Source of the DNA: a virus | DNA: 64,000 nt | Virus record (IMG/VR): IMGVR_UViG_3300044837_000219 | Span: 5,005 to 69,004 of that record | Direction: 5' to 3' (one strand) | Part shown: positions 47,341 through 56,679 of the stretch, piece by piece | How positions within the stretch are numbered: position 1 is the stretch's first letter | How the letters are laid out: each line of letters begins with the position of its first letter | Position numbers and translations under genes: made by a program | Notes under the pieces: model-generated | Database searches by the model: none | What the model saw: the letters and a program-made list of their open reading frames with translations, nothing else | What the model was told of the DNA's origin: nothing

Positions 47341-47791
47341 ACTGCAGTACGGCGTCGCGTGGCGCCTGCGTATCGACAGGTTCGACCGCATCCAGCCGGG
47401 CTACTTCGTCGGCCTGGGCGCTCGCAGAACAGATTTCGACCTCTACCGGCTCGACACCGACGGTAGGCCGAACTACGTGTTCGATCCGCTGGCTGACGCC
47501 ACGGCGGCGGGCACTGCGGCCTTCGTGGAGTTGGGCCGTCCGATCGACGTACTCCTGCCGAAAGGCGGCGGCGTCGGCGACATCGTGCTGGCGGGCAGCA
47601 TCAACCTGCACGTCCTCGCCAAGCGTGCTGACACGCCAGAGAAGTGGCAGAAGTTCCTGTGGAAGTTCAAGTCGTGGCTGAAGGAGAGCAATCCGAAGGA
47701 GGCGGTGCGCAAGCGCTACATCGTGCACATGGAGAAGGACTCGAACGGGTTGTGGACCATCGTCAGCAAGGAGGAGAATCGGTGGCTCTGA
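47333..47791 (+). CDS. Hypothetical protein
   Basis: GGAGG RBS; overlap. Confidence 0.55.
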   Translation: MTELQYGVAWRLRIDRFDRIQPGYFVGLGARRTDFDLYRLDTDGRPNYVFDPLADATAAGTAAFVELGRPIDVLLPKGGGVGDIVLAGSINLHVLAKRADTPEKWQKFLWKFKSWLKESNPKEAVRKRYIVHMEKDSNGLWTIVSKEENRWL

Positions 47792-48955
47792 AGAAGGTGC
47801 AGGACTTGTCGAAGGGCGACAAGACGCCCTGGTACGAGGTGGCACACAAGCCGCTTGCGGCGATCGTCTCTCCGGGCAAGAACGTCGTTCTCGTGCGCGT
47901 CATCTACAACGATGGTGGCGATGGCATCCGCGAGTTCGACTATGACCAGGACATCGAGGTGAACGATGGGTAGCGGGCTCGGCTGGCCGGAGTGCGTGTG
48001 CAACGTCGGCTGCCAGGAGTGCGGACTGCACCCCGGCCGCGTGCTGACGAAGGAGCAGAGCATCGCGTTCCGGAAGAAGTGGGATGCGGAGGTGGACCGT
48101 GCGTCAGAGCGAGCCTCGCGCGGAGACTGAGGAAATCACCGAGTGCGAGGCGTGCGGGGACCTGATTCCGCTCTGCCGTTGCCCGGGACGGTGCGGCGGC
48201 TGTCTGCAGTGGCGCGAGAAGTGCGTCTGTCGCAGTGCACGGCGTCGGCGCGGCATGAATCAGAAGAATGAATGGCAGTGCTTCGAGTGCGAGCATCAAC
48301 TGGAGTACTGCATGTGCAGCAACCGAGTCTTCGAGAACCTCGCCCGAGGTCTCATCGGCATCAAGGACCCGAAGAAGCGCAAGCAGGCGCACAAGGCGCT
48401 CGTCGCGCTCGTCATCAAGTGGAACATCATCGAACATGAGGGGCAGTTGTGAGAGATAACGTCGAGCGTCCGTTGCGCGAGACGGAGATAACTATTCCGG
48501 CGACGCACGAGGTGTACGTCGCCCAGGTGGCGACGACTGGTCGGTTCCGTGAGGACCGCTGGCCGAACATCGAAGCGGACATCGAGATGCGCGTTCGGCG
48601 TCGGCGTAACCCGGCGCGACGACGCGACCCGGAGGAGTTGATTCGTGCGGAGTCGCTGCCGCTGTCGTTGGCGTACGCGCTGGCGCTCGCGGTGGCGGCT
48701 CCAGTCGAGATTCCGATCAGCGCCATCCGCAACGTTGATTGGCGTGTCACCAAAATCAGCATCTACAACGACAGTTTCGACGGGCTCTGCGTCGAACTTA
48801 CCTTCGAGTCAACTGCAGCGGTTCTGAGCACCGAAGCGAAGATTTACTGGCACATCAAGGACTGGACGGCGCCGCTCTGGTTCGCCGACGCCATCCGTGA
48901 CTTCGTCGGGCCGATGTTCTCGCGGCGGGGGTTGACAGACGTGTCATCCACATGA
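47782..48955 (+). other. Run of small hypothetical genes (47782-47973, 47966-48130, Cys-rich ORF(s) to 48452, 48449-48955)
   Basis: Tightly overlapping ORFs with RBSs; starts uncertain. Confidence 0.45.
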
Positions 48956-48969
48956 GACAGTAGGTCTCA
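48932..48969 (+). promoter_or_regulatory. Promoter/operator, leaderless start
   Basis: TTGACA; TGAGAC-AGTAG-GTCTCA ending in the A of ATG 48969. Confidence 0.75.
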
Positions 48970-49268
48970 TGATGACAGCGAAGCAGATCGACCAGAACCC
49001 CTTCGTCGGCGAACTGAAGCAGCACGTGAAGTGGGCGGGACTTCCGATGCACCAGTTCCGCGACGAGTGCCTGCACGTTCGCGCGATGCTCGCCGCCCTC
49101 GCTGGCGACCAGAACATCGCTGGATTCCTTGGCGCGGAGCCGAACCTGGACCGCGACAACGACCTCTACAACTGCCTGGAGACCGTGTTCGCGTTCCACG
49201 CGACGCCCGGCGACCTGGCCGACGCCATCGAGGCGTTCGACTTCATGATCGCACTGACGGAGGGCTGA
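48969..49268 (+). CDS. Hypothetical protein
   Basis: Leaderless ATG at operator end. Confidence 0.6.
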   Translation: MMTAKQIDQNPFVGELKQHVKWAGLPMHQFRDECLHVRAMLAALAGDQNIAGFLGAEPNLDRDNDLYNCLETVFAFHATPGDLADAIEAFDFMIALTEG

Positions 49269-49269
49269 G

Positions 49270-49464
49270 ATGCCCCGGATTCAGCGAAAGGCAATCATCG
49301 TTGGCGATGCCTTCGATGTCGCCTTCAAGGTTCGACTCGAACTCGCCACCGGCGAAGTCAAGGAGTGGGACTGGGTCGCGCAGTCGAGCATGCCGAAGTT
49401 CATGGCCTGGTTCGCGCAGGGCAACTGGAACAACGTCGTCAACATCACCGTGGAGAAGATATGA
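49270..49464 (+). CDS. Hypothetical protein
   Basis: GGAGG RBS. Confidence 0.5.
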   Translation: MPRIQRKAIIVGDAFDVAFKVRLELATGEVKEWDWVAQSSMPKFMAWFAQGNWNNVVNITVEKI

Positions 49465-49655
49465 AGCGCTGGAAGGCGTCATTCAAGGACGCGTCGAGCC
49501 TCAAGACGCTCGATCGGCGGAAGTGGGACGACAAGCGCGACCTCTACGTTGAAGGCGTTCCGGCTGTCGACGACCACGCCGCACGCGTTGCGGTCTTCAA
49601 GATCGCGAACAAGTTCCTGAAAAACCCCTACCTGGACGACCTGGAGGAAATGTAA
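49461..49655 (+). CDS. Hypothetical protein
   Basis: ATGA overlap, GGAG RBS. Confidence 0.5.
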   Translation: MKRWKASFKDASSLKTLDRRKWDDKRDLYVEGVPAVDDHAARVAVFKIANKFLKNPYLDDLEEM

Positions 49656-50098
49656 TGGCAGTCATCGACCTGGACCGCAAGTTGGCCGAACGCGAAGGAA
49701 TCGAGGTGCCGAAGGCTTCCGCCGAGGTGCTGAAGCGCATCGGCGTGTCGCGGCAGCGCTGGAACCGCATGACCATCGCGCAGCAGATCGAGGCCCTGCT
49801 GCAGCGCGTCGAGCGCGACGAGAACAAGACCGAGGCCCTGAAGGGTATGCCGGTCGAGCCGATCTCCTCGCCGGACCAGGATGCTCAGGTGGTCTGGTTC
49901 GTCAAGAACTGGGGCGGCGAGGAGCGGTACGAGTACGTCGCGATCAGCACCCCGAAGGGCTGGATCATCTCCGGCCAGAACAAGACCTCGCCGAAGTCGT
50001 GGACCGAGGTGCTCATGTTCTCGCTGCTGCGCGAGCAGGACGACTTCAACCCGGAGTTCCACGTCGCGACCGGATGGACCTACATGGAGCGTGCGTGA
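49655..50098 (+). CDS. Hypothetical protein
   Basis: GGAGG RBS; TAATG overlap. Confidence 0.6.
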   Translation: MAVIDLDRKLAEREGIEVPKASAEVLKRIGVSRQRWNRMTIAQQIEALLQRVERDENKTEALKGMPVEPISSPDQDAQVVWFVKNWGGEERYEYVAISTPKGWIISGQNKTSPKSWTEVLMFSLLREQDDFNPEFHVATGWTYMERA

Positions 50099-50893
50099 CC
50101 GACTGGGGCACTTCCGACCGTGAGGTGAACGGCGTCGCCTACACGTACTACCCGGTGGGACTGTTCTCGCTGACGTGGTCGTGCGGGAAATGCGCATCGC
50201 TCGTCACCGACGTCGATGTTCACGCCGGGTTCCACAAGGGCGAGGACGAGATAACGGAGCGCGTTCGGGAACTGATGGACGCGCGAGAGGAGAAGATGAC
50301 GTGAGTGCGTATCAAGACATGATGCGCGAGGAGGAGTTCGCGATCCTCGAAGAACTCCGGTCGATCGTCTGCGACATGGGCGACTACATGAATTTCGACG
50401 ACGAACAGTTGAGCCGCCTGCGAGAACTGCGGGCCAAGATGCGCACGCAGTACCAAGAGAGATGGGGAGAGGTGGCACCGTGAGCGACATGCCGGAGATT
50501 CGGCTGCCGTCCTACTGGGCGATGACGTTGGGGGAGTTCATCCGTCAACTGGAGGCGCAGCCGCAGGAAAATCCGATCGTTTCGGACACCGGTGAGATGG
50601 TCGGCGGATTCTCGTCGTACCGGGGCTACTACGAAGACCTGGCGATCGTTCCGGCTCAGGCGACGAACATCCTCGCGGACGACCGGACGCCGCTCACTAC
50701 GGTCGGCGCCGTTCTCGCTGAGGCGGAGGCGTGCATCGGTCGGACGTTCCAGGGATGGAAGGGCGGCGACTACACGATGGAGGCCCACGCCGACCTCTGG
50801 TTCGCCCAGGAAGGCTCAGCGATCGGTTGGCGGCCCGTCGGGCTTCGGTTGGACGAAGGTATCGTTACCATCGTGCTCTGCGGCGGTCTGTGA
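50095..50893 (+). other. Three small hypothetical genes (50095-50304, 50301-50483, 50480-50893)
   Basis: GTGA-coupled ORFs; last has SYRGYYEDLA...FQGWKGGDYTM. Confidence 0.55.
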
Positions 50894-50908
50894 TTTCGCT
50901 GTCGTCGC

Positions 50909-50953
50909 CGACGCTGCGACCCCTGGCCCACTGGGCTGGGGGTCGTAGCGTCG
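50909..50953 (+). terminator. Stem-loop
   Basis: CGACGCTGCGACCCCTGGCCC-act-GGGCTGGGGGTCGTAGCGTCG. Confidence 0.6.
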
Positions 50954-50957
50954 CAGC

Positions 50958-51854
50958 ATGCCTGCTGACTTCGTCCACACGCGCCGCATCCCCGCGCTGC
51001 CTCCCGACGTTCCCGGCGCTGGACGGCTGGGACGCCACGTGCGCCACGACCCGCGCTCGCGGGCGTTCGCCTACAAGCCAGCCACCGTGTCGTTGCGTTC
51101 GCGCTCGCATCCGCGCCGCATCCCGGTGCTCGATCAGGGCGAACTGGGGAAGTGCACCGCAGAGGCGTCCGTCGGCGCGCTCGGCACCGACCCGTTCTTT
51201 CCGTCGCTGTCCGACCTGGGGCAACTCACCTTCGACGACGTGATGAGTAACGATCTCTACTCGCAGTTCACCCGTGAGGACTCCTACGACGGCACCTGGC
51301 CGCCGGACGATACCGGCAGCGACGGGCTCACCGCAGCGAAGGTGTTGAAGGAACGGGGACTGATCTCCGGGTATCAGCACGCGTTCACGCTGGAGGATGC
51401 GCTCGCGGCGCTGTCCGGCAACGGTGATGACGATCCGGGGCGGCCGGTGATTACCGGCGTCAACTGGTACTCGTCGATGGACAAGCCGACGTCGTACGGC
51501 CAGGTGAGCATCACGTCGCAGGCGTACGTGCGTGGCGGGCACGAGTTCGAGGTGTCGTCCATCGACGTCGCCCAGAAGCGCGTGTGGTGCTGGCAGTCCT
51601 GGGGGGCGTCGTGGGGCGTCAATGGCATGTTCTGGATGTCCTGGGACACCTGGGAGCGCCTGCTGCACGAAGAGGGCGACGTTACCGTGTTCGTGCCGCG
51701 CGGCGGGGTCACTCCGGCGCCGACGGTCGATCCCGCTGACCTCGCACTCGCTGCGGCGTTCCGCACCGGCAACTGGGTCGGCTCGCATCATGTCGGAGCG
51801 AACAAGGCAGCAGCGCTCGCTGCCGCAGCGTGGCTGAAGGCCAGGAATCTGTAG
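50958..51854 (+). CDS. Papain-like (C1) cysteine peptidase
   Basis: LDQGELGKCT (Gln/Cys), GGHEF (His), QSWGASWGVNG. Confidence 0.8.
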   Translation: MPADFVHTRRIPALPPDVPGAGRLGRHVRHDPRSRAFAYKPATVSLRSRSHPRRIPVLDQGELGKCTAEASVGALGTDPFFPSLSDLGQLTFDDVMSNDLYSQFTREDSYDGTWPPDDTGSDGLTAAKVLKERGLISGYQHAFTLEDALAALSGNGDDDPGRPVITGVNWYSSMDKPTSYGQVSITSQAYVRGGHEFEVSSIDVAQKRVWCWQSWGASWGVNGMFWMSWDTWERLLHEEGDVTVFVPRGGVTPAPTVDPADLALAAAFRTGNWVGSHHVGANKAAALAAAAWLKARNL

Positions 51855-51948
51855 CCTGCTCCGTTGGCGCACATGCAAATGCACGCGCAAATGCATGTGC
51901 GATTGAGTGCGCTTGACCTTTACAGCGATGTGAGGGACCGTAGGTCAC

Positions 51949-52099
51949 AGGCGCAGCCCGAGAGAAAACCATAGCCCGGATTGCGTTGGAGTGGTCTCCG
52001 TTTGGTCAACCGATGGTCTGCGGAGGCAGGCCGCTGACCGTCGGTGGAGGCCACTCCACAGACAGGCCGTCCTCAGCGTCGAGGGCGGCCTGTTCGTTT
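51949..52099 (+). ncRNA. Candidate small RNA with own promoter and terminator
   Basis: TTGACC promoter/degenerate operator 51913-51949; long hairpin 51987-52058; terminator 52062-52099; no ORF. Confidence 0.6.
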
Positions 52100-52135
52100 G
52101 ACAGCGCTGTGACTCCTGTGAGACACTAGGTCTCA
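52098..52135 (+). promoter_or_regulatory. Promoter/operator, leaderless start
   Basis: TTGACA; TGAGAC-ACTAG-GTCTCA-TG. Confidence 0.75.
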
Positions 52136-52181
52136 TGAGCACAGACACTTACTTCATCGCTGCCACTATTGGTGTACCGAG

Positions 52182-53162
52182 GTGAACCCCCAGCGTCGGC
52201 TGACGCCCGCTCGTTGCATCGAGTGGATGGGCGAGGTTCTCGGCCTGGAGAAAGAACTCAAGGCAGGCATCGCCTCGTACGTTCGCAGCATGATGCCGGA
52301 CGCTGAGCGTGCTGTTGCCGAAGGTCTTATACAGATGGCCTTCTCGGCATCGGACTCCATGCGGAAGGGTGACGCCGTTCTCGTCACCACCGAGACGATG
52401 CAGTTGGTCGACTTCGCTTCGCAGTCTCTCGTCGAGGAGGACGAGCGTCTGTTCTACGACGTCGACCTCGCTCCGCTCCAGCGCGCCGTTCTGTTCTTCG
52501 AGCAGCCGTTGCCGGTCACCATCACCGCTGGATACAGGGACTTGCGTAGCAACTACGACGGCAAGATTGTCTGCGACGCGATGATGTTCTGGGACTCGCG
52601 AAGCGACTATCCGGATGAGTCCGACCCGGTGCAGGTCTACGTGTGCTACCTCCGCGCCATCGAGTCGCCTCGCCTCTCGATGGCTATCGACGAGTCGTTC
52701 TTGACGATTCTGTGGATGACCGGCACCACCGAAGTCATGGAGCGCTACACGCCCGAGAACTATGCGCCGTCGAGCAGTGATGACGTCGGTGCACTCTCGC
52801 GAGCGGACCTGCATTCCTTCCTGCAGTCGTTCTGGACGTTGATGCGCCAGCCCATCATCAGCGAGCAGCGCGTGCGTCCGATCGAGCCCACCGCGCGGAA
52901 GCATCGCAAGAAGTTGACGAATCGCGGAGAGGTGCGGATGCTGCACCTGCGTCAGCACGTTCGACCGACTGGCGCCTCGGCGGCGGGGTCTGCTGCGGAG
53001 CGGCACTTCGAGTACTCGCATCGGTTCATTGTGCGTGGCTTCTGGCGCAACCAGCGCTGCGGCGTCGGTGGCAAGGAGCGCAAGAGGATCTGGGTTGACT
53101 CTTACGTCAAGGGACCTGCGGACAAGCCGCTCGTCGTCGGCAAGCGCGTCTACAAGGAGTGA
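52182..53162 (+). CDS. Hypothetical phage protein
   Basis: C-terminal HRFIVRGFWRNQ...KRIWVDSYVKGP motif. Confidence 0.7.
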   Translation: MNPQRRLTPARCIEWMGEVLGLEKELKAGIASYVRSMMPDAERAVAEGLIQMAFSASDSMRKGDAVLVTTETMQLVDFASQSLVEEDERLFYDVDLAPLQRAVLFFEQPLPVTITAGYRDLRSNYDGKIVCDAMMFWDSRSDYPDESDPVQVYVCYLRAIESPRLSMAIDESFLTILWMTGTTEVMERYTPENYAPSSSDDVGALSRADLHSFLQSFWTLMRQPIISEQRVRPIEPTARKHRKKLTNRGEVRMLHLRQHVRPTGASAAGSAAERHFEYSHRFIVRGFWRNQRCGVGGKERKRIWVDSYVKGPADKPLVVGKRVYKE

Positions 53163-53165
53163 GTC

Positions 53166-53369
53166 ATGAGCGGCAAGAGTGAACGTCAGATTCGACATGC
53201 GAAGGCGTGCTCTCGGAAGGTGCGCTACGAAACGATGGAGGAGGCCAAATCGCAACTCCGGCACGTGCGAAGGGTGGAGGAAGGCAAGGCGCTGAACGCC
53301 TACAAATGCGCCGTCTGCAAGGGCTATCACGTTGGTACGACGCCGACCTGGCGCCGTCCGGATCGCTGA
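53166..53369 (+). CDS. Small Zn-finger protein
   Basis: C..KVRY...EA...AYKCAVCKGYHV. Confidence 0.6.
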   Translation: MSGKSERQIRHAKACSRKVRYETMEEAKSQLRHVRRVEEGKALNAYKCAVCKGYHVGTTPTWRRPDR

Positions 53370-53385
53370 CGAGAGGATTTCCTTC

Positions 53386-53619
53386 ATGAAGCAATGGCTG
53401 GGTCGTATCGAAGTCAACATGAATGACGGCTGTGATTGGCAGCGCTGGAACGACTGGACCAACGACAACATCAACGTTGTCGTCAGTCGGACGCAGACGC
53501 TGCAGAGACTTCTCGGTGAGCCGAATCTCGGCAACGAAAGCACGCCGTGGTCGTTCCGCGCGGTCTTCGAGGAAGTCGAAATGAAGTCGCCGGTCGAGGA
53601 ACTCAAGCAGCGTCGATGA
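53386..53619 (+). CDS. Hypothetical protein
   Basis: GAGAGG RBS. Confidence 0.45.
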   Translation: MKQWLGRIEVNMNDGCDWQRWNDWTNDNINVVVSRTQTLQRLLGEPNLGNESTPWSFRAVFEEVEMKSPVEELKQRR

Positions 53620-53852
53620 AGCGCTACCTGGTCTTCTGGAACTGGACGGAACCCGACTACGAGAGCGATGGTCGCTCGACCTACAGCGTCAAGTACACAC
53701 AGACCGTCGTCGAATCGCTCAGCGACCCGAAAGACGACGACGCGGACGACTTCGTCGGGGTGCTGAAGACTCACATCGTTGAGTCGCAGGCTTCTTTCAT
53801 CGGGTTGGGCGAAGACGACGTGAACATCACAGGAGTACTCCCCCTGTTTTGA
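53616..53852 (+). CDS. Hypothetical protein
   Basis: ATGA overlap. Confidence 0.45.
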   Translation: MKRYLVFWNWTEPDYESDGRSTYSVKYTQTVVESLSDPKDDDADDFVGVLKTHIVESQASFIGLGEDDVNITGVLPLF

Positions 53853-53887
53853 GCCCGCTTGTCACAGGGATGCGGTACGGTGGCGGC

Positions 53888-54976
53888 ATGAGAATCCAGA
53901 AGAGGGGGCTCGCCGCCACCGTGGCGGGCCTGGCAGGCTTCGCCATCGTCGCCTTCGGCTTGACTGCGTCCGCACCGTCGGCTTCGGCCGCTGCGTGCCA
54001 GGTGGCCGCTGCGGGCGACATCGCCGAGAACGGCGGCCAGCAGCAGCACACCGGCGACCAGATCCGTTCACTCAACCCGCAGTACGTGTTGCCGCTCGGT
54101 GACATCGCGTACGACAGCGGCACGACCGCCGAGTTCGCGTCCTGGTACAACCCGGCGTGGGGCTCGTTCAAGGGCATCACCCGACCGACGCCGGGCAACC
54201 ACGAGTACGAGACGGCGGGCGCTGCGGGCTACTTCGCCTACTTCGCCGGTCAGGTCGGCACCTCGGCCTACTACGCATTCGACGTGTGCGGCTGGCGGTT
54301 GTACTCGCTGAACAGCGAACTGACCGGCACGGCGCGCACCACGATGCTCACCTGGTTCGCTGCCGACGCTGCGGCGCACTCGACGCAGCCGGGCATCGCC
54401 TACTGGCACAAGCCGCGCTGGAGCGACGGCGACAGCCACGGCAACGACACCGTGCAGCAGGATCTGTTCGCCGCCGCTGCGAACGCGCACATGAAGATGG
54501 TGCTGAACGGTCACGACCACGTGTACGAGCGGTTCGCGGAGATGAACTCGTCCGGCGTCGCTGCAGCCGGTGGCACGCGGGAGTTCATCGTCGGCACCGG
54601 CGGGGCCGGGCTCAACGGCTTCGACGGCTCGTACCCCTCGACGTCGCAGGCGCGCGTTCAGGGCTCGAACGGCGTCATGCTGCTGACGCTGCGCTCGAAC
54701 GGGTACGACTGGAAGTTCTCCGACTGGGACGGCTCGGCCAGCGACGCCGGTTCGCTGAACTGGTCGGTGGTTACTCCGACCGTTTCGGTCACTCCCACTG
54801 TCTCCGTCACGCCGACGGTGACGCCGACGTCGTGCGCGCCGACCACCGTGACGGCGCCTGCGGTCACGTCCACCGTCACGGTGACGGCTCCGGCTGCCAC
54901 GGTCACGAAGACCGTCACGGCCAGCGGGACGCCCTTCCTGGCGACGATGACGGGGCTGGTCACGCCGCCTGCGTAG
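53888..54976 (+). CDS. Secreted calcineurin-like metallophosphoesterase
   Basis: Signal peptide; AAGDIA, LGDIAYD, PGNHEY, YWHKP, NGHDHVYER; Thr/Pro-rich tail. Confidence 0.85.
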   Translation: MRIQKRGLAATVAGLAGFAIVAFGLTASAPSASAAACQVAAAGDIAENGGQQQHTGDQIRSLNPQYVLPLGDIAYDSGTTAEFASWYNPAWGSFKGITRPTPGNHEYETAGAAGYFAYFAGQVGTSAYYAFDVCGWRLYSLNSELTGTARTTMLTWFAADAAAHSTQPGIAYWHKPRWSDGDSHGNDTVQQDLFAAAANAHMKMVLNGHDHVYERFAEMNSSGVAAAGGTREFIVGTGGAGLNGFDGSYPSTSQARVQGSNGVMLLTLRSNGYDWKFSDWDGSASDAGSLNWSVVTPTVSVTPTVSVTPTVTPTSCAPTTVTAPAVTSTVTVTAPAATVTKTVTASGTPFLATMTGLVTPPA

Positions 54977-54990
54977 CCGGTGTGTGATCT

Positions 54991-55028
54991 GGGGCCGTTC
55001 TCCCTCGGGAGGGCGGCCCCTTTCGTTT
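54991..55028 (+). terminator. Intrinsic terminator
   Basis: GGGGCCGTTCTCC-ctcg-GGAGGGCGGCCCC-TTTCGTTT. Confidence 0.75.
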
Positions 55029-55064
55029 GACAGCGATGTAACGTCTATGAGACACTAGGTCTCA
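55027..55064 (+). promoter_or_regulatory. Promoter/operator
   Basis: TTGACA; TGAGAC-ACTAG-GTCTCA. Confidence 0.75.
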
Positions 55065-55085
55065 ACGACGACGAAGGAGATTGAG

Positions 55086-55379
55086 ATGAGCGAGCGAATC
55101 CTCACCATCAGCGACGCGGTCCGACTCGGCATCGTGTGCGAGGCGGCCGAGCGGAAGTACCCCGTCGCTCGCGTGCTGGAGAGCGGCCTGGTCGTTTTCG
55201 GTACGGCGCGTTCCATCGGAGACCGCGACGGCAACTTCGCGACGCGAACGATGGACGTGCGGGACTGCTTCCTGCGCGTGACGACCAAGTCCGGCCTGGA
55301 GACGTACTGGCCGATCGCGGAACTCATGAACGAGGTCAACACCGGCGAGTTCGTTGCCAACTACCGCTCGGAGGACTGA
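55086..55379 (+). CDS. Hypothetical protein
   Basis: AAGGAG RBS. Confidence 0.65.
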   Translation: MSERILTISDAVRLGIVCEAAERKYPVARVLESGLVVFGTARSIGDRDGNFATRTMDVRDCFLRVTTKSGLETYWPIAELMNEVNTGEFVANYRSED

Positions 55380-55380
55380 G

Positions 55381-55536
55381 ATGCTCCCCTACGTCGCCAT
55401 CATCAAGCCCTTGACGGGCGGTTCCTTCATCTACGGCCCGTTCGAGTCGTACAACGCCGCCCGGACGTGGGCCGAGAAGAAGTACAGCGGCGACGAGTTC
55501 GGGCGCGAGTATGAGTGGCTGCGCGCTCCCAGTTGA
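55381..55536 (+). CDS. Small hypothetical protein
   Basis: GGAGG RBS; YGPFES motif; stop lies in the next -35 box. Confidence 0.5.
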   Translation: MLPYVAIIKPLTGGSFIYGPFESYNAARTWAEKKYSGDEFGREYEWLRAPS

Positions 55537-55570
55537 CACCGCTGTGACGTCTGTGAGACACTGAGTCTCA
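55533..55570 (+). promoter_or_regulatory. Promoter/operator
   Basis: TTGACA; TGAGAC-ACTGA-GTCTCA. Confidence 0.75.
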
Positions 55571-55591
55571 ACGACGACGAAGGAGATTCAG

Positions 55592-56209
55592 ATGGCGATC
55601 ACCATGTGCGGCCCGAACTGCACCACCGAGAACAAGAACGGCGGCGGACGCTGCGCCGACCCGCAGGTCACCTTCTCTGGTGCCGTGTTGGCGCTGTACG
55701 AGCGGAACGGCTACGACGACAGCGACTTCTACGCCGTCGTGTGGGACGCCTCGGCCAGCGACGTCCGCACCATCTGCTACGGCTCCACCTCGTACTGGTC
55801 GTACCACAACGGCGCGTCGGTCGACGCGTCGCCGGACATCGACCGCACCGCTCGCGCCGCGCGTCGTCCCACCGTTCGGCGGCTGTTCCTGGAGCAGTTG
55901 GTCGCCGAGGCGAAGCGCCCGGTGCGTGGGTGCAAGGTGCGCGCGCTGGTCACCCGGGGCAAGAATGTCGGCGTCGAGGGCACCGTGACCTGGGTGGGCG
56001 TCGACCACTACCGTTCCCGGTACGGCATCGAGTACAAGCGCTTCGGCATCTCGGTCGAGGGCAACTCCGAGCGGGTGTTCATGTCGGAGGACAAGGTCGA
56101 GCGCATCGACATCACCCCAGTCTCGCAGGACGACGCCTTCGCGCAGGCCGATGCCTGGGTGGACGCGGCCAACTGGCGCTCGCTGATCAACCCGCTCGCC
56201 CCGATCTGA
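55592..56209 (+). CDS. Hypothetical phage protein
   Basis: ERNGYDDSDFYAVVWD motif; AAGGAG RBS. Confidence 0.7.
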   Translation: MAITMCGPNCTTENKNGGGRCADPQVTFSGAVLALYERNGYDDSDFYAVVWDASASDVRTICYGSTSYWSYHNGASVDASPDIDRTARAARRPTVRRLFLEQLVAEAKRPVRGCKVRALVTRGKNVGVEGTVTWVGVDHYRSRYGIEYKRFGISVEGNSERVFMSEDKVERIDITPVSQDDAFAQADAWVDAANWRSLINPLAPI

Positions 56210-56266
56210 ACCGAACTGTCGTCGGGGGCGTCCAATTGGGCGCCCCCTCTCGTTGAAGGAGAAGTC

Positions 56267-56602
56267 ATGCCCTGGTACCTGTGGCTCATCGTCGCCTGGC
56301 AGGCGTTCCTGTTGCTCGTCACCGTTGCCGTCGCCGGGAGGACGATTCAGGTAAGCAATGTTCGCCTGAGCGCATTCGTGACGACGACGGTCATCCGTGC
56401 GCTCATTACGTGGGCGCTGCTTGCCAACGGCGCTTCCGCGCCCTGGACTGCAACGTTGACGTGCCTCGCGTTCTTCGACCTGGTGCACGACGCGAATCGT
56501 CTGCAGCGCCGCCGCGCCTGGACCGTCGATGGATTCGACATCCTCGTCGCTCTCGTCATCTACGGCGGAACGATCGCGCTCGCACTGAGCACCTGGCACT
56601 GA
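56267..56602 (+). CDS. Membrane protein
   Basis: Several hydrophobic segments; AAGGAG RBS. Confidence 0.6.
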   Translation: MPWYLWLIVAWQAFLLLVTVAVAGRTIQVSNVRLSAFVTTTVIRALITWALLANGASAPWTATLTCLAFFDLVHDANRLQRRRAWTVDGFDILVALVIYGGTIALALSTWH

Positions 56603-56611
56603 GCCGGACGC

Positions 56612-56649
56612 TTGACACCGTTGTGACGTCTGTGAGACACTGAGTCTCA
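56612..56649 (+). promoter_or_regulatory. Promoter/operator
   Basis: TTGACA; TGAGAC-ACTGA-GTCTCA. Confidence 0.75.
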
Positions 56650-56679
56650 CAAGGAAGCGAACAACACAAGGAGACCGAG

